Shown here: piece by piece, positions 12,545 to 25,774 of the stretch
How positions within the stretch are numbered: position 1 is the stretch's first letter
Layout: every line of letters begins with the position of its first letter
Assembly (NCBI RefSeq): GCF_001194135.2
Contig: NC_068989.1
Coordinates: 73,786,223 to 73,850,222 of the forward strand
DNA from: Octopus bimaculoides
Taxonomy: Eukaryota
Reading direction: 5' to 3'
Length of the DNA stretch: 64,000 nt
Position numbers and translations under genes: made by a program
The notes under the pieces: model-generated
Databases searched by the model: none
Told to the model about the DNA's origin: nothing
What the model saw: only the letters and a program-made list of their open reading frames with translations

Positions 12545-14246
12545 TTCACTAGCACAATGTAAAATTTATTGACAAGTGAAATAAAAATTACAATCACTGA
12601 ACCAATTAATTACAGTTCCCGATTTTGTTTACTTTATTCTATCAAATTTCAAAGAAATATATATGTTTACGTTGTAGGTATACCGATCGACTGCGTTGCT
12701 GAAACAAAGTCAAACTGGTGAGGCTAGGGTAAATGTCAGTGGGTCATACTTGTAGCAGCTACAGGATGAAGTTATTTACTGTATTTATTACTGTAGGATG
12801 AAGTTACACATTGTTATTTATTACTGCTCCCAATCACACCATAAACAATTGTTTTGCATAGAAGCTTTACTGATAAGCTGTAGGTGTAAATAATCATGTA
12901 TAAGATCAAGCAGCGATTCTTCATTTTTTATGCTGCTAACAATTGACAAAACAATACAAGATTTGGGAACAGTAATAGTTTAGTTTCTATTTCAGGGCGT
13001 GAAGTAGATGAGATGCATTCTCCTGGAGAAGATACTCATCTATGGCTGACAATATTTCTTTATAATTTGGTACCTACCTATTTTTTGTCAGCTAGATGAT
13101 ATAGAACATGTGAAGTAAAATTGTAAATTTCTCTGCTCAGAAACGCAACTAACTCCTGGCAACGTATATGAATACGCAAATGAATGTTGATGAAACAATC
13201 TTCAATGACATGACTAATTCATTGGTGTTTTCAACCATAAGATATAATATATAAACCTAATAACGGAATACGATGATTTATAACGTAATTTCAAGAAATT
13301 GGGTGAGAGTACATCCAATCTAATCCGCCACAATATATGTCACAAACATTTTATCGATTGAAAGGGGAAGTCGACCGCATCAGGATTTGTTTTACTGCGT
13401 GGGGTGTATCTTTTAGTCAGGGAGGAAAATAGTGACCATGACCCATTTTTGAGAGCTTCCGAAGTTCCTGAGAAGGCAGGAAAGTGTCCTCAAAACTGTC
13501 TACAAGACATGCAAGCAACAAAATGGATTTCGCTACAGATACTTAATGACTAGGTGTTGGGGTTAAACTGAGCGACAGATTAAGTCTACCACCCAAATAA
13601 ACCGTGATGACATTTTAGCACAGAATATAAAAGAACCAGAACAAATAATACTGCAAACCATCCGGTCCGAATTCCTACAGTTCCGTCAATACATCACCAA
13701 GGATTGGTACTATTTTTATCCAACCTCAAAAGAACAAAAGGCTAAAATTTGATATGAGTAGAACTCAGCGCACAGATAATTGCGTCAAATACCGCGGAAC
13801 ATTATATACCACGTTGTGTGGTCTTGAAGTCATATATAGAATGTGTGTTCTAACATAGGCACAAGACTAGAATTTGAGGCAGGAAGTTAGATGATTAAAT
13901 CGGTACAGAAATTGATTGTTAATTATTTTAATGGATCCCTGGAAGGCTGGATCTCAGCTTGATTTTAACACTGAAAGGTAAAAAGGACTGAGCAAATATC
14001 GGAAAGCACTCTATCCGACACTTACGTTTCTGCTAATGCGCCACTTTGAGATCAGACGTAAAACGAAATGTTGCTAAATATTGTTAGACATCGTATTTTG
14101 GCTCTCTGCTGACTCTGCTATCCTCTACCACGTTTTTAAACATGATATAAGGAACTATAAAGCTATAATATTACAGCCATCCCTACAAGAAATCTTCAAT
14201 ATATATACATACATGCATACATACATACATACATATATACATACAT

Positions 14247-14539
14247 GTTGGCACTCCGTCGCTTACGACGTCGAGGCTTCCAGTTGATCCGATCAACGGA
14301 ACAGCCTGCTCGTGAAATTAACGTGCAAGCGGCTGAGCACTCCACAGACACGTGTAACATTAACGTAGTTCTCGGGGATGTTCAGCGTGATACAGTGTGA
14401 CAAGGCTGACCCTTTGAATTACAGGCACAACGGAAACAGGAAATAAGAGTGACAGAAAGTTGTGGTGAATGAGTACAGCAGGGTTCGCCACCATCCCCTG
14501 TCAGAGCCTCGTGGAGCTTTTATGTGTTTTCGCTCAATA
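14247..14539 (-). mobile_element. SINE family B copy, head lost in an N gap
   Basis: GTTGGCACTCCGTCGCTTACGACG...CCTCGTGGAGCTTTTATGTGTTTTCGCTCAATA then Ns; colinear with 28049-28434. Confidence 0.9.
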
Positions 14540-14772
14540 NNNNNNNNNNNNNNNNNNNNNNNNNNNNNNNNNNNNNNNNNNNNNNNNNNNNNNNNNNNNN
14601 NNNNNNNNNNNNNNNNNNNNNNNNNNNNNNNNNNNNNNNNNNNNNNNNNNNNNNNNNNNNNNNNNNNNNNNNNNNNNNNNNNNNNCACACACACACACAC
14701 ACACACACACGCAGTACATATATAAACACACACAGGCATATATCACATACACGTGTGTATGTGTGTGTGTGG

Positions 14773-14814
<42 letters not shown>

Positions 14815-15460
14815 CACACACATTTATATATATATATATGTATGTATGCATGTATATATAAAGAGAGAGCGAGAGAGATAGCGAAGGAGAGAGAGCGACA
14901 GGAAGAAAGAAAAATGAAAGAAAGAGAAAAGGAGTCATCAGTCTACATGGAAGCAATGAAGGAATATCTCATTAGCAAAGTGTCAAAGACTAGAAATACG
15001 CTACGGTATAGAACAATAGTGAGATTGAATGAGAAATGTGAAGTGAAATGACTTGCTGGCGCAATCCTTTCACTCGTGTTAGTAATTAACAATGAGATCC
15101 GTTCTGGATATGAGCTACTTCATCTTATGAAATTATTCAATCTTTTGGAAGCTAATAATAAAGGTGATCAACAGCTGCCATGATGAGGTGTCGTATTAAA
15201 CATTGTCTTTTTCTTTACGAATCAAAAAATAGCTATCTTTATATGGTTACTGTGCCTGCTAAAAGTAGCCGTCTTAAGCAGCGTACAGTCAGTGTAACGG
15301 TTCAAGATGCACAGGACAAAGCGCCCGTGAAAATCCTGAGATCATTTGATGAGAATTTCTTCCCACCCCTGCGTAAAAAAAAAACAAATACGTCCTAAGG
15401 TCTTTTGAAATTCAAAGACAAAGTCTCCAAATTCTCCTTAAACGAAATCAATCGTGTTCT

Positions 15461-15694
15461 TACTTCTTTATTGCCGGCAAGGGGCTAAACATAGAGGGGA
15501 CAAACAAGGACAGACAAACGGATTAAGTCGATTACATTGAACCCAGTGCGTAACTGGTACTTAATTTATCGACCCCGAAAGGATGAAAGGCAAAGTCGAC
15601 CTCGGCAGAATTTGAACTCAGAACGTAACGGCAAACGAAATACCGCTAAGCATTTCGCCTGGCGTGCTAACAGTTCTGCCAGCTCACCGCCTTC
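15461..15694 (-). mobile_element. Young full-length SINE family A copy (Meta-type central domain, tail type 1)
   Basis: 14-bp TSD ATCAATCGTGTTCT at 15447-15460 and 15695-15708. The central domain GCCTTTCATCCTTTCGGGGTCGATAAATTAAGTACCAG matches the MetaSINE-type domain as I recall it. Confidence 0.92.
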
Positions 15695-16470
15695 ATCAAT
15701 CGTGTTCTGCCTTGTAAAATTTCACTTGGACACCCATACAACACCAATCCCATTCAAAATGATACCCTTACCGCCATAAAGAAACGGAGGGTAATACTGG
15801 ATAGTCTTCCCACCACCCGAACATATATATATATGCTTATACACACACACACATATGATCCACAGCTTCTTTGACTTTAAAGTTCTTGCATTAGTGACCC
15901 GAGAACAGTCACGCTTAACCTTGTACAATTTCACTCAGACGCCTTAGCAGCACCCATCGCTACCATCATAAAGCAAGGAGAAAATATTCTGGATAATGTA
16001 CTCTTGATAAAATAGATAAGTGAATAAATAGATAAAAACACTGCCTATTCGAATTTTTAATATTCAAATTTTGCATCGGGGATCTGAAAGAACTCTTGTT
16101 CACCATAGAAAACTTTCCCTTGGAGGCACTGGCAGCACCAATTCCCATCAAATGACCCCCCACCACCGTCGTAAATCAATGAAAGAATAATTAAAATATT
16201 TACTTCTCGATATACAAAAATACGCGAGTATCAAGACTGGAACACCTTCGATTAAAAGTGTGCTCAATGAGGACTGAAATTTTGAGGAGGAAGGTTGACT
16301 GACTATATCTACCTCAGTTCTAAACTGGTGCCTTATTTCACGGACCCTCGAGAGATTTCAGGTTAATGTAATCCCAGAAAGATTTAAACTCGGAATGTAC
16401 TGACAGAATACCATGATTTTTCTGCCACGAATCCACCACCTTTCTGATGATGATAATAAAAGTAATAATC

Positions 16471-16895
16471 CTTTCTGCTATAGGCACAAGACATGAAATT
16501 TGAGGGAGGGGGCTAGTCGATTATATCGACCCCAGCGTTCAATTGGTACTTATTTTATCGATCCCGAAAGGATGAAAAGGAAAGTCAGCTTCAACGGAAT
16601 TTGAACTCAACGGTAAGACAGACAAAATGCCGTTAAACATTTTGCCCAGCGTGCTATCGATTCTTATTTCTTTATTGCCCACAGGGGGCTAAATAGAGGG
16701 GACAAACAAGGACAGACAAAGGGATTAAGTCGATTACATCGACCCCTTGTGCGTAACTGGTACTTATTTAATCGACCCCGAAAGGATGAAAGGCAAAGTC
16801 GACCTCGGCGGAATTTGAACTCAGAACGTAACGGCAGACGAAATACCGCTAAGCATTTCGCCTGGCGTGCTATCGATTCTGCCGTCTCGACACCT
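16471..16895 (-). mobile_element. Nested SINE family A dimer
   Basis: Young copy with tail type 1 (16665-16880) sits inside the head of an older copy with tail type 2; duplicated 16-mer GCGTGCTATCGATTCT at 16649-16664 and 16865-16880. Confidence 0.85.
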
Positions 16896-16919
16896 TAAAT
16901 GATAAACATAATAACGGCT

Positions 16920-17470
16920 CGTGATTTGGGAACAGAGCCAACAATTATGAGGGGTGATTATTCTATGGCTCCCGGAGAGAACGAAAGCAAAACTGACATC
17001 AGCAGAATTTGAAGATTTGGAAGAAATACAACAAAGCATTTTTCCGATGCTCAGCGATTCTGCCATCTGGCCACCTTGAATAATTGTTTCAAATATAGAA
17101 ACAAGGATGAAGCTTGGAGGAGAGGTTAATCGATAGAGTCAATCCAAGTATTTGACGGATACTTTATTTTATTGACCTCGAAAAGAAGGCAAACAAAGCT
17201 GATCTCGGTTGGGTGACGGATTAAGTCTACCAACCATGTAAATCTTGGTGTGACTTGAACTAAGAATACAATAACCAGAACAAAATGTTGCAAGGTATCT
17301 GGTTTTACATTTTTACACTTTCGATGATCCGCACACTTCGGATTTTTACTCCAAAAGAATAAAAGTGATGAAATTTGAACCAAGAGAACAGAATATCGGG
17401 AAAAGGTACTACGAAGTATTCGATTTGACGCTCTCCCATGGCTAAATCCCTCGATATTATATCCTACCGC
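16920..17470 (-). mobile_element. Run of highly degenerate SINE family A fragments
   Basis: Repeated decayed matches: GCAGAATTTGAAG..GAAATAC..AGCATT, TTTATTGACCTCGAAAAGAAGGCAAA, GAAATTTGAACCAAGAG. Confidence 0.55.
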
Positions 17471-19679
17471 CTTAAATAAAGAAGCATAATGGATAAATTC
17501 GTCTGCGATGTATAAAATTTCGAGATAGTTATGTTTTGAAAAAAAAATTATTTGACCGGAGATGAGTTCACTCAGGTCTGACCTGAGGTCAAATAGCAAC
17601 AACGACAATAAAACAAAAAAGAAAACAACAGCAGCAGTAACAACTATTTCCCAGCTTTTTAGACAGACTAATACAGAAATATGTACAATAAGAATGCATA
17701 ACTCACCGACAGCTAGAAAAGTAGGAAACGGTGCAGTATACTGTCGATACGACTTTCGTAGCTGAACTGAACTGATTTCAAACACTGGTTTCAAAGTTTG
17801 GTGACAAGAAGAGAAATGGTCAACACCAAAGTAACTGTCCCTTGATGCTCTACATTATAATGGCATCTTCAATTGGTTCGCCTAAGATCAAACAGGTTTT
17901 GGAGCTCAGCAGCGGTTTGCAATTAAGCAGGAGATGAGACATCATGAACTAAAGCAACATTATAATTTGTATAAGATGGACAGCTTTGCCTGTGAGACAG
18001 CTATAAATATTCAACAGCCTTAGTGTGTAGCTCATAAATATTCTAACATTAAAAGAATCGTTTGTTTGTCTCAGATAACTCGGAGGAAAGTGAATAAAAT
18101 TCACTATTAATTTCATATATGTTTTTATAGACTATAAAAATGAATAGCAGTACTTGATTTAATGCCGTGTTGTTGTGAGTGTCAAAATATTTGTAACCCG
18201 TTTGTTATGGATATAAAGGATCGGACAAAACACATGCTAAAAGAATTCCTTAAGGTGTTATATATTTTCATAATAACTCAATGAAATTCTAATACTGTCT
18301 TCAGGATGTGTAGGAAAATTATTTCAAAGATGTGATCGGCTGGTGTCATTAAAATGCGATTACAGTAAATATTATATGAAACATGATAAGCAAGCGTTGT
18401 TCATGTGTGGATTTTTAGTTAGTTAGTTCAAGTGAATCAGCTGAACGGTTTCGATTCCCGGCTTAAATTGTTTCATGTTACTTAAACCGCGGATGTTCTT
18501 GGATAAACCACGACCATTCCTAATTTTGGCTTAATAAAATAATTTCTTATATAGTTTTGCATCTGTTGCAGTACTGTAACAGTTGGCTGTCCATTAAATT
18601 TTTAATTTATCTGCCTTAGGGTCTGAATCAAGAATAACCGCTACTAGCTTGTAACAGCAATAAAAAAAATATAGCATTAGTGAGCAGTTCATCTGAAATG
18701 GAAAGGAGCTCGATTATCAGAGTCTTTGGAGCGTCGAACAAAATGCGTTGCGGTATTTGGTCCGGCTCTCTGTGCTCCGACTTCAAATGCTTCTGTGGAC
18801 AACTTCACCTTTCACCTTTTCGGGGTCGATAAAGAAAGTACTAATGCACAATGACAATATCAACAAAAACAATATCAATTATGTCATAGCCACCACCACC
18901 GACAACAACACCACCAACAACAAAAATCCTGGTATTATTATCAGCCTAGACATGGTGAAGGCCGTAGCGCTATGCACGTAGAAATTGCCAGCAGTCTGTG
19001 TGGTTGGTGTTCAAAAGGGTATATTCATATCATAGGCAGATAGAGCAATAAAAATGTATACAAGGAAGGGAAGTTTACAAACAGGAATAGATGTTTATAT
19101 TATCGTCCACTAGTGCCATCACCAACAGACGCGGAGGCGTAGAAGAATGTTTAAAATGTGTTTGAATGTTTTCCTTTACAATAATACCAACCTGAGATAG
19201 TCTAGATCAGTAAGTAGTCTCTATCTCTTCCTTTTTCTTTCCTTCCTTCTTTTCTCTTTCTTTCTCTCTCTCTCCCTCCCTTCCTTCCCTCCTTTTCTTT
19301 CTTTCTTTCACTTTTTTCCGTCATAAATACGAGAAATACCTTTTTTACTGAACAAACTAGCGTCATCCAGACCAGCTTACAAAACAAACAATTTTTTTTA
19401 CCACTTGGGATTTAGCTTTTATGATCACGGCTAAACAACAACAACAACAACACCAAAATTAGTATCAAATCTCTGAGCTAAGCTGAAGTAAGCGCTGTTC
19501 TCACTTCAGCTAGTCTTTCTATTTAGATAAAGATTGACAGAGAAGCTTTCCAAAATCTCGTGACAGGGTTCTGTCCCGTATTGTACTGAAAGTCTGCGAT
19601 GAATTTGAGCCCCTGATACACCTATAGACCAGAGAAACTGTATCACTAATTTCTATTCTTCCTTGATGCACACTGCCAG

Positions 19680-20034
19680 CGAGGGTTCCAGTCGATCCGA
19701 TTAATGGAACAGCCTGCTCGTGAAATTAACGTGCAAGTGGCTGAGCACTCCACAGACACGTGTACTCTTAACGTAGTTCTCGAGTATATTCAGCGTGACA
19801 CAGTGTGACAAGGCTGACCCTTTGAAATACAGGTACAACAAAAACAGGAAGAAAGAGTGAGAGAAAGCTGTGGTGGAAGAGTACAGCAGGGTTCGTCACC
19901 ATCCCCTGTCGGAGCCTCGTGGAGCTTTAGGTGTTTTCGCTCAATAAACACTCACAACGCCCGGTCTAGGAATCGAAACCGCGATCCTATGACCGCTAGT
20001 CCGCTGCCCTAACCGCTGGGCCATTGCGCCTCCA
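19680..20034 (-). mobile_element. SINE family B copy (3' end slightly truncated)
   Basis: Head TGGAGGCGCAATGGCCCAGCGGTTAGGGCAGCGGACTAGCGG on the minus strand; body colinear with 22190-22568. Confidence 0.92.
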
Positions 20035-20620
20035 CTGTTTACTGTAATAGAAGAATAAAAAAAAAAGAAAAATGGAACGATCAAGAGCAAATCTCAGTTA
20101 CATAAGCACAAGATGCCCTTTGGATAAAAACCACAAGCGTTCCTAATTTCGGCGTAATAAAATAATTTCTCATATAGTGTTGTTGTTCTTCAGTAAAGCG
20201 TTCAGGAAAAGTGTATGAGCAGCGATCACATGCTCTTCCGTGTGTATGTGTGCTTGCGTGTAGATGTGTAAATGTAGTCCTACCCTAAAATAAATAGAAA
20301 AATAATAGAAAACATGCCACTCCGATCACTGACAGGTTGTGATTTCTGCGCATTTTCTTTATTCAGCTTTCATACAGGCTCGGGCAATCAATTTTTCAAG
20401 GCCAAATTTTGTGATTAAAGAGAGAAATATGTAGGGGTGGGTAGAAAGTCTATTTCCTAATTATTTTGCATCAATTCTAGATACTTATGCTCAAATGCGG
20501 TTACTCTTATTGATTAGCGTTTTGTAGCATATTATGAAATTTATTTTTTCACGCATGCTTATAACGAATTGATATCTGCCAAAGTTATGTCCTCCACTCA
20601 TTAAAGTTTTCACACCTTGT

Positions 20621-20834
20621 AAAGCAGCGACCTAGCAGAATCCTTACTTTGCGGAGAAAAATTCTTAGCAGCATTTCTTCCGACTTTACTTTCTGACTTC
20701 AAATACCACCAGGGTCGACTTAGCCTTTTATCTTTTCAGAGTCGATAAAATAAGTATCAGTTGAACACTGAGGTCGATGTAATCGTCTTATCTCTTCTCT
20801 CGAAATTGGTGGCCTTGTAATAATATTTAAAATC
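20621..20834 (+). mobile_element. Degenerate SINE family A copy
   Basis: GCAGCGACCTAGCAGAATCC...GGGTCGACTTAGCCTTTTATCTTTTCAGAGTCGATAAAATAAGTATCAG. Confidence 0.75.
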
Positions 20835-22189
20835 AAAATTTTTACTCTTTGCAAAATAAAGAGAACAAAAATAAAGTAAACAATAAAAAAAAAAACATGA
20901 GTCTTTACAAAAGAACCGAAGTTTAACGAAACCAGGTTTCATTGATTTCGTAATTTGGGGGTTGATAAACTTGTATGTTATTCTCCAGAGTTTATAAACC
21001 TAAAATTACTTTACAGCAAAACCAAACATTTATTTTTGTACGGAGTTAATAGATTCATAGTCTTGCAGTAGTATGTTATATATTTTCGGTTAAAACCAAG
21101 ACGTTTTTCTCTTCGCATAAACATAGTAAATGATGAATGCAGCTGGAGTTAAGGGAAACTGCTCGCAGTTTCTACTCAATCATACATAATAGGTTTATCT
21201 TTCTTACACAACATGCAAAAGTTCTAAAGGTGCTATATTTATCTTATTTATGACATTGAAGCCGGTCTAAATGGTCAGTGAATAATAAAATGGTAAAAGC
21301 TGGAAACAACCGTACTGAAAATTTACTTTATTAATTATTTGCTTCTTTTCTAGTTGCTAGGAGACTAACATGAAATGAAGTGACATAATATGCTACTTTC
21401 TCTCTATAAATCATCTCAAAGTCGATATACATCATTATTGTTATCTTCTGTGAAGCCAACAGCTGCTTCCAGCCCGGGTACATTGTCTGGTTAGCGATTA
21501 CGACTTCTATTAAGATCGTTTGTAGAAATAGTTAACAACGCCGATTCAAACAAAACAGAAGCTTAGTAAACATCTTTGTACATAAATCTCCGACGTGTTT
21601 GTTCTAATGCAATATGTGGACTCACACAGAACCATCGTACATCCAATTCCTTTCTTTCTCTCTGCTTACTAATGGGTTTCGATATCTCGGTGAAGTTGTG
21701 TATATACATATGTCAATGAATGGGTCTTAAAATATTTGAAAGCGCTTCTATTAAAATTAAAAGTGTTTGCTCACAGGATTTGAAAGACAATTACACTTTA
21801 AGCATTGATTATGTCTGATACTAAATTTTATTGACTCATCTTATCGAGCAGTTAAGTGAACCTTGGCAGATATCGAACCTGGACTGTGTGTGTGTGTGTG
21901 CGCGCGCACTACGTTTTATTGACTTGATCAAGAGGCGGTTAGAAATCATGTATCCAAGGTATGGAACAGCGGTTTCGAATCCCGAACGATGAAGGCATAT
22001 ATCAAATTTTGAAATGTTTCTAGTACTGCGACATTGTTTTCTGTAAAATATTTGATTTAGGATGGAACTGAAGAAACTGTTACTAACTAACTGTACCATT
22101 ATTAGTACTGAGGTACCATTATTATTATGAAATGTTTTCTTATCGACGGTACAAAAATAACAGTATATTAGTTGTTACTCTTATTGACT

Positions 22190-22568
22190 GTGGAGGTGCA
22201 ATGGCCCAGTGGTTAGGGCAGTGGACTCGCGCTCATAGGATCACGGTTTCGATTCCCAGACCGGGCGTTGTGAGTGTTTATTGAGCGAAAACACCTAAAG
22301 CTCCACGAGGCTACGGCAGGGGATGGTGGTGAACCCTGCTGTACTCTTTCACCACAACTTTCTCTCACTTCCCGTTTCTGTTGTGCCTGTAATTCAAAGG
22401 GTCAGCCTTGTCACACTCTGTGTCACGCTGAATATCCCCGAGAACTACGTTAAGGGTACACGTGTGTGTGGAGTGCTCATCCACTTGCACGTTAATTTCA
22501 CGAGCAGGCTGTTCCGTTGATCGGATCAACTGGAACCCTCGACGTCGTAAGCGACGGAGTGCCAACTA
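22190..22568 (+). mobile_element. Full-length SINE family B copy
   Basis: 13-bp TSD ACTCTTATTGACT at 22177-22189 and 22569-22581; A box TGGCCCAGTGG and B box GGTTTCGATTCC. Confidence 0.93.
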
Positions 22569-23003
22569 ACTCTTATTGACTAACAGGCTGATTTGTGTGT
22601 CCTTAAGTTTAATGTCTTCCACAGATTCTTCCACGTATTCTAGTTTTTTCTGTTAGATGATAAAAAAAAAACATTGTGAATGTATTTCTGAGAGCAAATT
22701 TATTCTGAAGAGATTCGAGTGGCAAGTCGTATAATCTGTACCAGTGCGAGTGACAAGTAAAATGATTATTCCTACCGAGATATCTCATACTCATAAATAG
22801 TCTTCTGAACGTCCCAACTATTACCACCTAACTAAAGCCGACCAATAAAAGTTTAAATATGGATACTTCTAAGTGTTTCATCCTTACGTTCCTGAATACC
22901 TTTACCAAACACTTCCATGATTTTTCTTTTTGTTACCTGAAAAATTGCCCAAAGCGAGAAAATCTGAGTAACGACGGAGACAATTGTCAATCTTTCACTA
23001 TCT

Positions 23004-23438
23004 AACGCGGTGAGCTGGCTGAAACGTTAGCCCGCCGGGCGAAATGCTTAGCGGTATTTCGTCTGCAGTTACGTTCCGAGTTCAAATTCCGCCGAAGTCG
23101 ACTTTGCCTTTCATCCGTTCAGGGTCGATAAATTAAGTACCAGTTACGCACTGGGGATCGATGTAATCGACTTAATCCCTTCGTCTGTCCTTGTTTGTCC
23201 CCTCTGTGTGTAGCCCCTTGTGGGCAATAAAGAAATAAGAAACATTAGCACTCTGGGCGAAATGCTCACCGGTATTTCGTTTGTCTTTACGTTCTGAGTT
23301 TAAATTCCGCCGAGGTCGACTTTGCCTTTCATCCTTTCGGAGTCGATAAATTAAGTACCAGTTGCATACAGGGGTCGATCTAATCGACTGACTCCTCCCC
23401 CCAAATTTCGGGCCTTGTGCCTAGAGTAGAAAAGAATA
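23004..23438 (+). mobile_element. SINE family A dimer under a single TSD
   Basis: 11-bp TSD TTTCACTATCT at 22993-23003 and 23439-23449 flanks both units; junction AAATAAGAAACATTAGCAC at about 23231-23250. Confidence 0.88.
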
Positions 23439-24103
23439 TTTCACTATCTGAAAATGAAACCACGTGTTTGCTTTACATCATTCACGTTTTCGTTTATAGA
23501 GTTGGGAAGAAGGTTAATTTTCGATTTCTTAATTAAGTTAGTTACTAACCTTCTATGTTCCACAAATGGTGCTTGTTAGCGTAGTTGCTTCACGGTAAAA
23601 TGATTTAATTCTGGATGCAGATCGTCCCAATATGATTTCAGTCGTTTCATGTAGCCAACAGCGAGGTTTGTCTCGCGTTTTCGTAGCAGATAAACAGATC
23701 ATTTTCCAATTCATAACACCAAGAGAAATAAGTTTTGTAGTCACGGTTTATTCTATAACTATAGCTAGAAAACATTTGTTTACTTGTTAAGCTGTTGTTT
23801 TCGTTCTGTTCTTCGATTGTGTTGCTGCTGATGTTGTGTCCAGCCATGTTTGTAGTAACTCTCTGCATGTTAAATTCAAGTTTCAGTCGAAAATCACTAA
23901 GATCGTAAATAAGAGGCTCCCTGAATTAATTCATCTGAAGATTAACCAGTTATTAAACGAGCTGACAGTTGTGGCACCAATGTTGGAGATAGTATACGTC
24001 ATTTTCGATAAATAGTCTCCCACACCAAACCAAATACGCGACTCGTCGCTTCGAATGTGTAATTTTTTGTATGCATGTATGTAATGTATGTATGTGTTTA
24101 TAC

Positions 24104-24139
<36 letters not shown>

Positions 24140-24144
24140 ACACA

Positions 24145-24186
<42 letters not shown>

Positions 24187-25742
24187 NNNNNNNNNNNNNN
24201 NNNNNNNNNNNNNNNNNNNNNNNNNNNNNNNNNNNNNNNNNNNNNNNNNNNNNNNNNNNNNNNNNNNNNNNNNNNNNNNNNNNNNNNNNNNNNNNNNNNN
24301 NNNNNNNNNNNNNNNNNNNNNNNNNNNNNNNNNNNNNNNNNNNNNNNNNNNNNNNNNNNNNNNNNNNNNNNNNNNNNNNNNNNNNNNNNNNNNNNNNNNN
24401 NNNNNNNNNNNNNNNNNNNNNNNNNNNNNNNNNNNNNNNNNNNNNNNNNNNNNNNNNNNNNNNNNNNNNNNNNNNNNNNNNNNNNNNNNNNNNNNNNNNN
24501 NNNNNNNNNNNNNNNNNNNNNNNNNNNNNNNNNNNNNNNNNNNNNNNNNNNNNNNNNNNNNNNNNNNNNNNNNATAAAGTAATGTGAAAGAAATGGAATA
24601 GATTCTGACTACAAAAGATTCTGTCTTCTGTTAGATTACAATAGCCGGTATTACAGCATTTTGAAAACAGAATGTAAATTTAGCTGAATTTCATACTAAA
24701 TTCCTATTCAGCTACCGAACCACGTAATCAATTTATAAAGTAACAGAAACGGTGGAAAAGAAATCTGTGTAGGAAGCAAAAACTTCTACTAATGTTAAGA
24801 AATATTAAAATTATGTTTTTCCTTTCTCCATTTATTTTTTGATAAAGCTTTGTGTATAGAAAATAACGGAAAAGATGCTACTTCCGGAATTTCTTTTATG
24901 GGTCTATTTTCCTGATTTCTTTTCTTTTCGTAGATTTCCGAGGGAAATTTTGGCAAAATCAAAGTCATAAATTCAATTCGCAACGAAACTAAAACTATTT
25001 AATATCCTTTCATACTCTTAGGGTGGTTAAAATATGCATCAGATTGTACATCCTCTCTGCAATATATTACTTTCAGTCAAGTAATTATTATCCATCACAG
25101 CTATTAAACGTACGAAGTATCTTCAACATGTGAAATTCATACTAAATACGGCAAGGCCTTTTTATTTAAAGTTTTGTGCACATATAACTAACTGAGTTAC
25201 TGTTGCGTTTAGGCGGATTTTCACAACCAATATCACATTCGTTTATATTCATGTCACTTTCTTTTTTCTAATTAAACTTTGTATTTTAGTAGCTCAGTTG
25301 GAAATATAGATGTTTCAATAAAGGTTTAAAATACGCTGTGTTATAGTAGTCACCGAAGCTGAAACAAGGATAGCTTTTACATTTTCTACTTTTTGTTTTG
25401 GTTTCAAAGTTGTACAAAAGCCTCAATGACAACATTAAATGTAAAATACAATTGTTATTGAGCAAGTAATTAATTTTCAGTTTTGCCACAATTGTACAGA
25501 GAATACACACACATAAACACATGTATGTACATACATAAGCATACACTTACACACACACACATATATATTTATATTATATGCATATATATATGTACATATA
25601 TATATATATGTATACATATATGTATATATATATATATATATANNNNNNNNNNNNNNNNNNNNNNNNNNNNNNNNNNNNNNNNNNNNNNNNNNNNNNNNNN
25701 NNNNNNNNNNNNNNNNNNNNNNNNNNNNNNNNNNNNNNNNNN

Positions 25743-25774
<32 letters not shown>

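Noticed and set aside
13450-13552. Peptide EKAGKCPQNC resembling the start of a WAP domain
   Set aside because: The remaining cysteine pattern is absent and the frame stops shortly after.
17126-17794. 222-aa minus-strand ORF, the longest N-free ORF
   Set aside because: It overlaps degenerate SINE fragments and an (AAC/AGC)n tract; no recognisable domain.
22190-22265. tRNA-like sequences at SINE heads (also about 9265-9339, 19960-20034, 28360-28434)
   Set aside because: A and B boxes are present, but there is no acceptor stem or proper anticodon arm, and they run into SINE bodies with TSDs.
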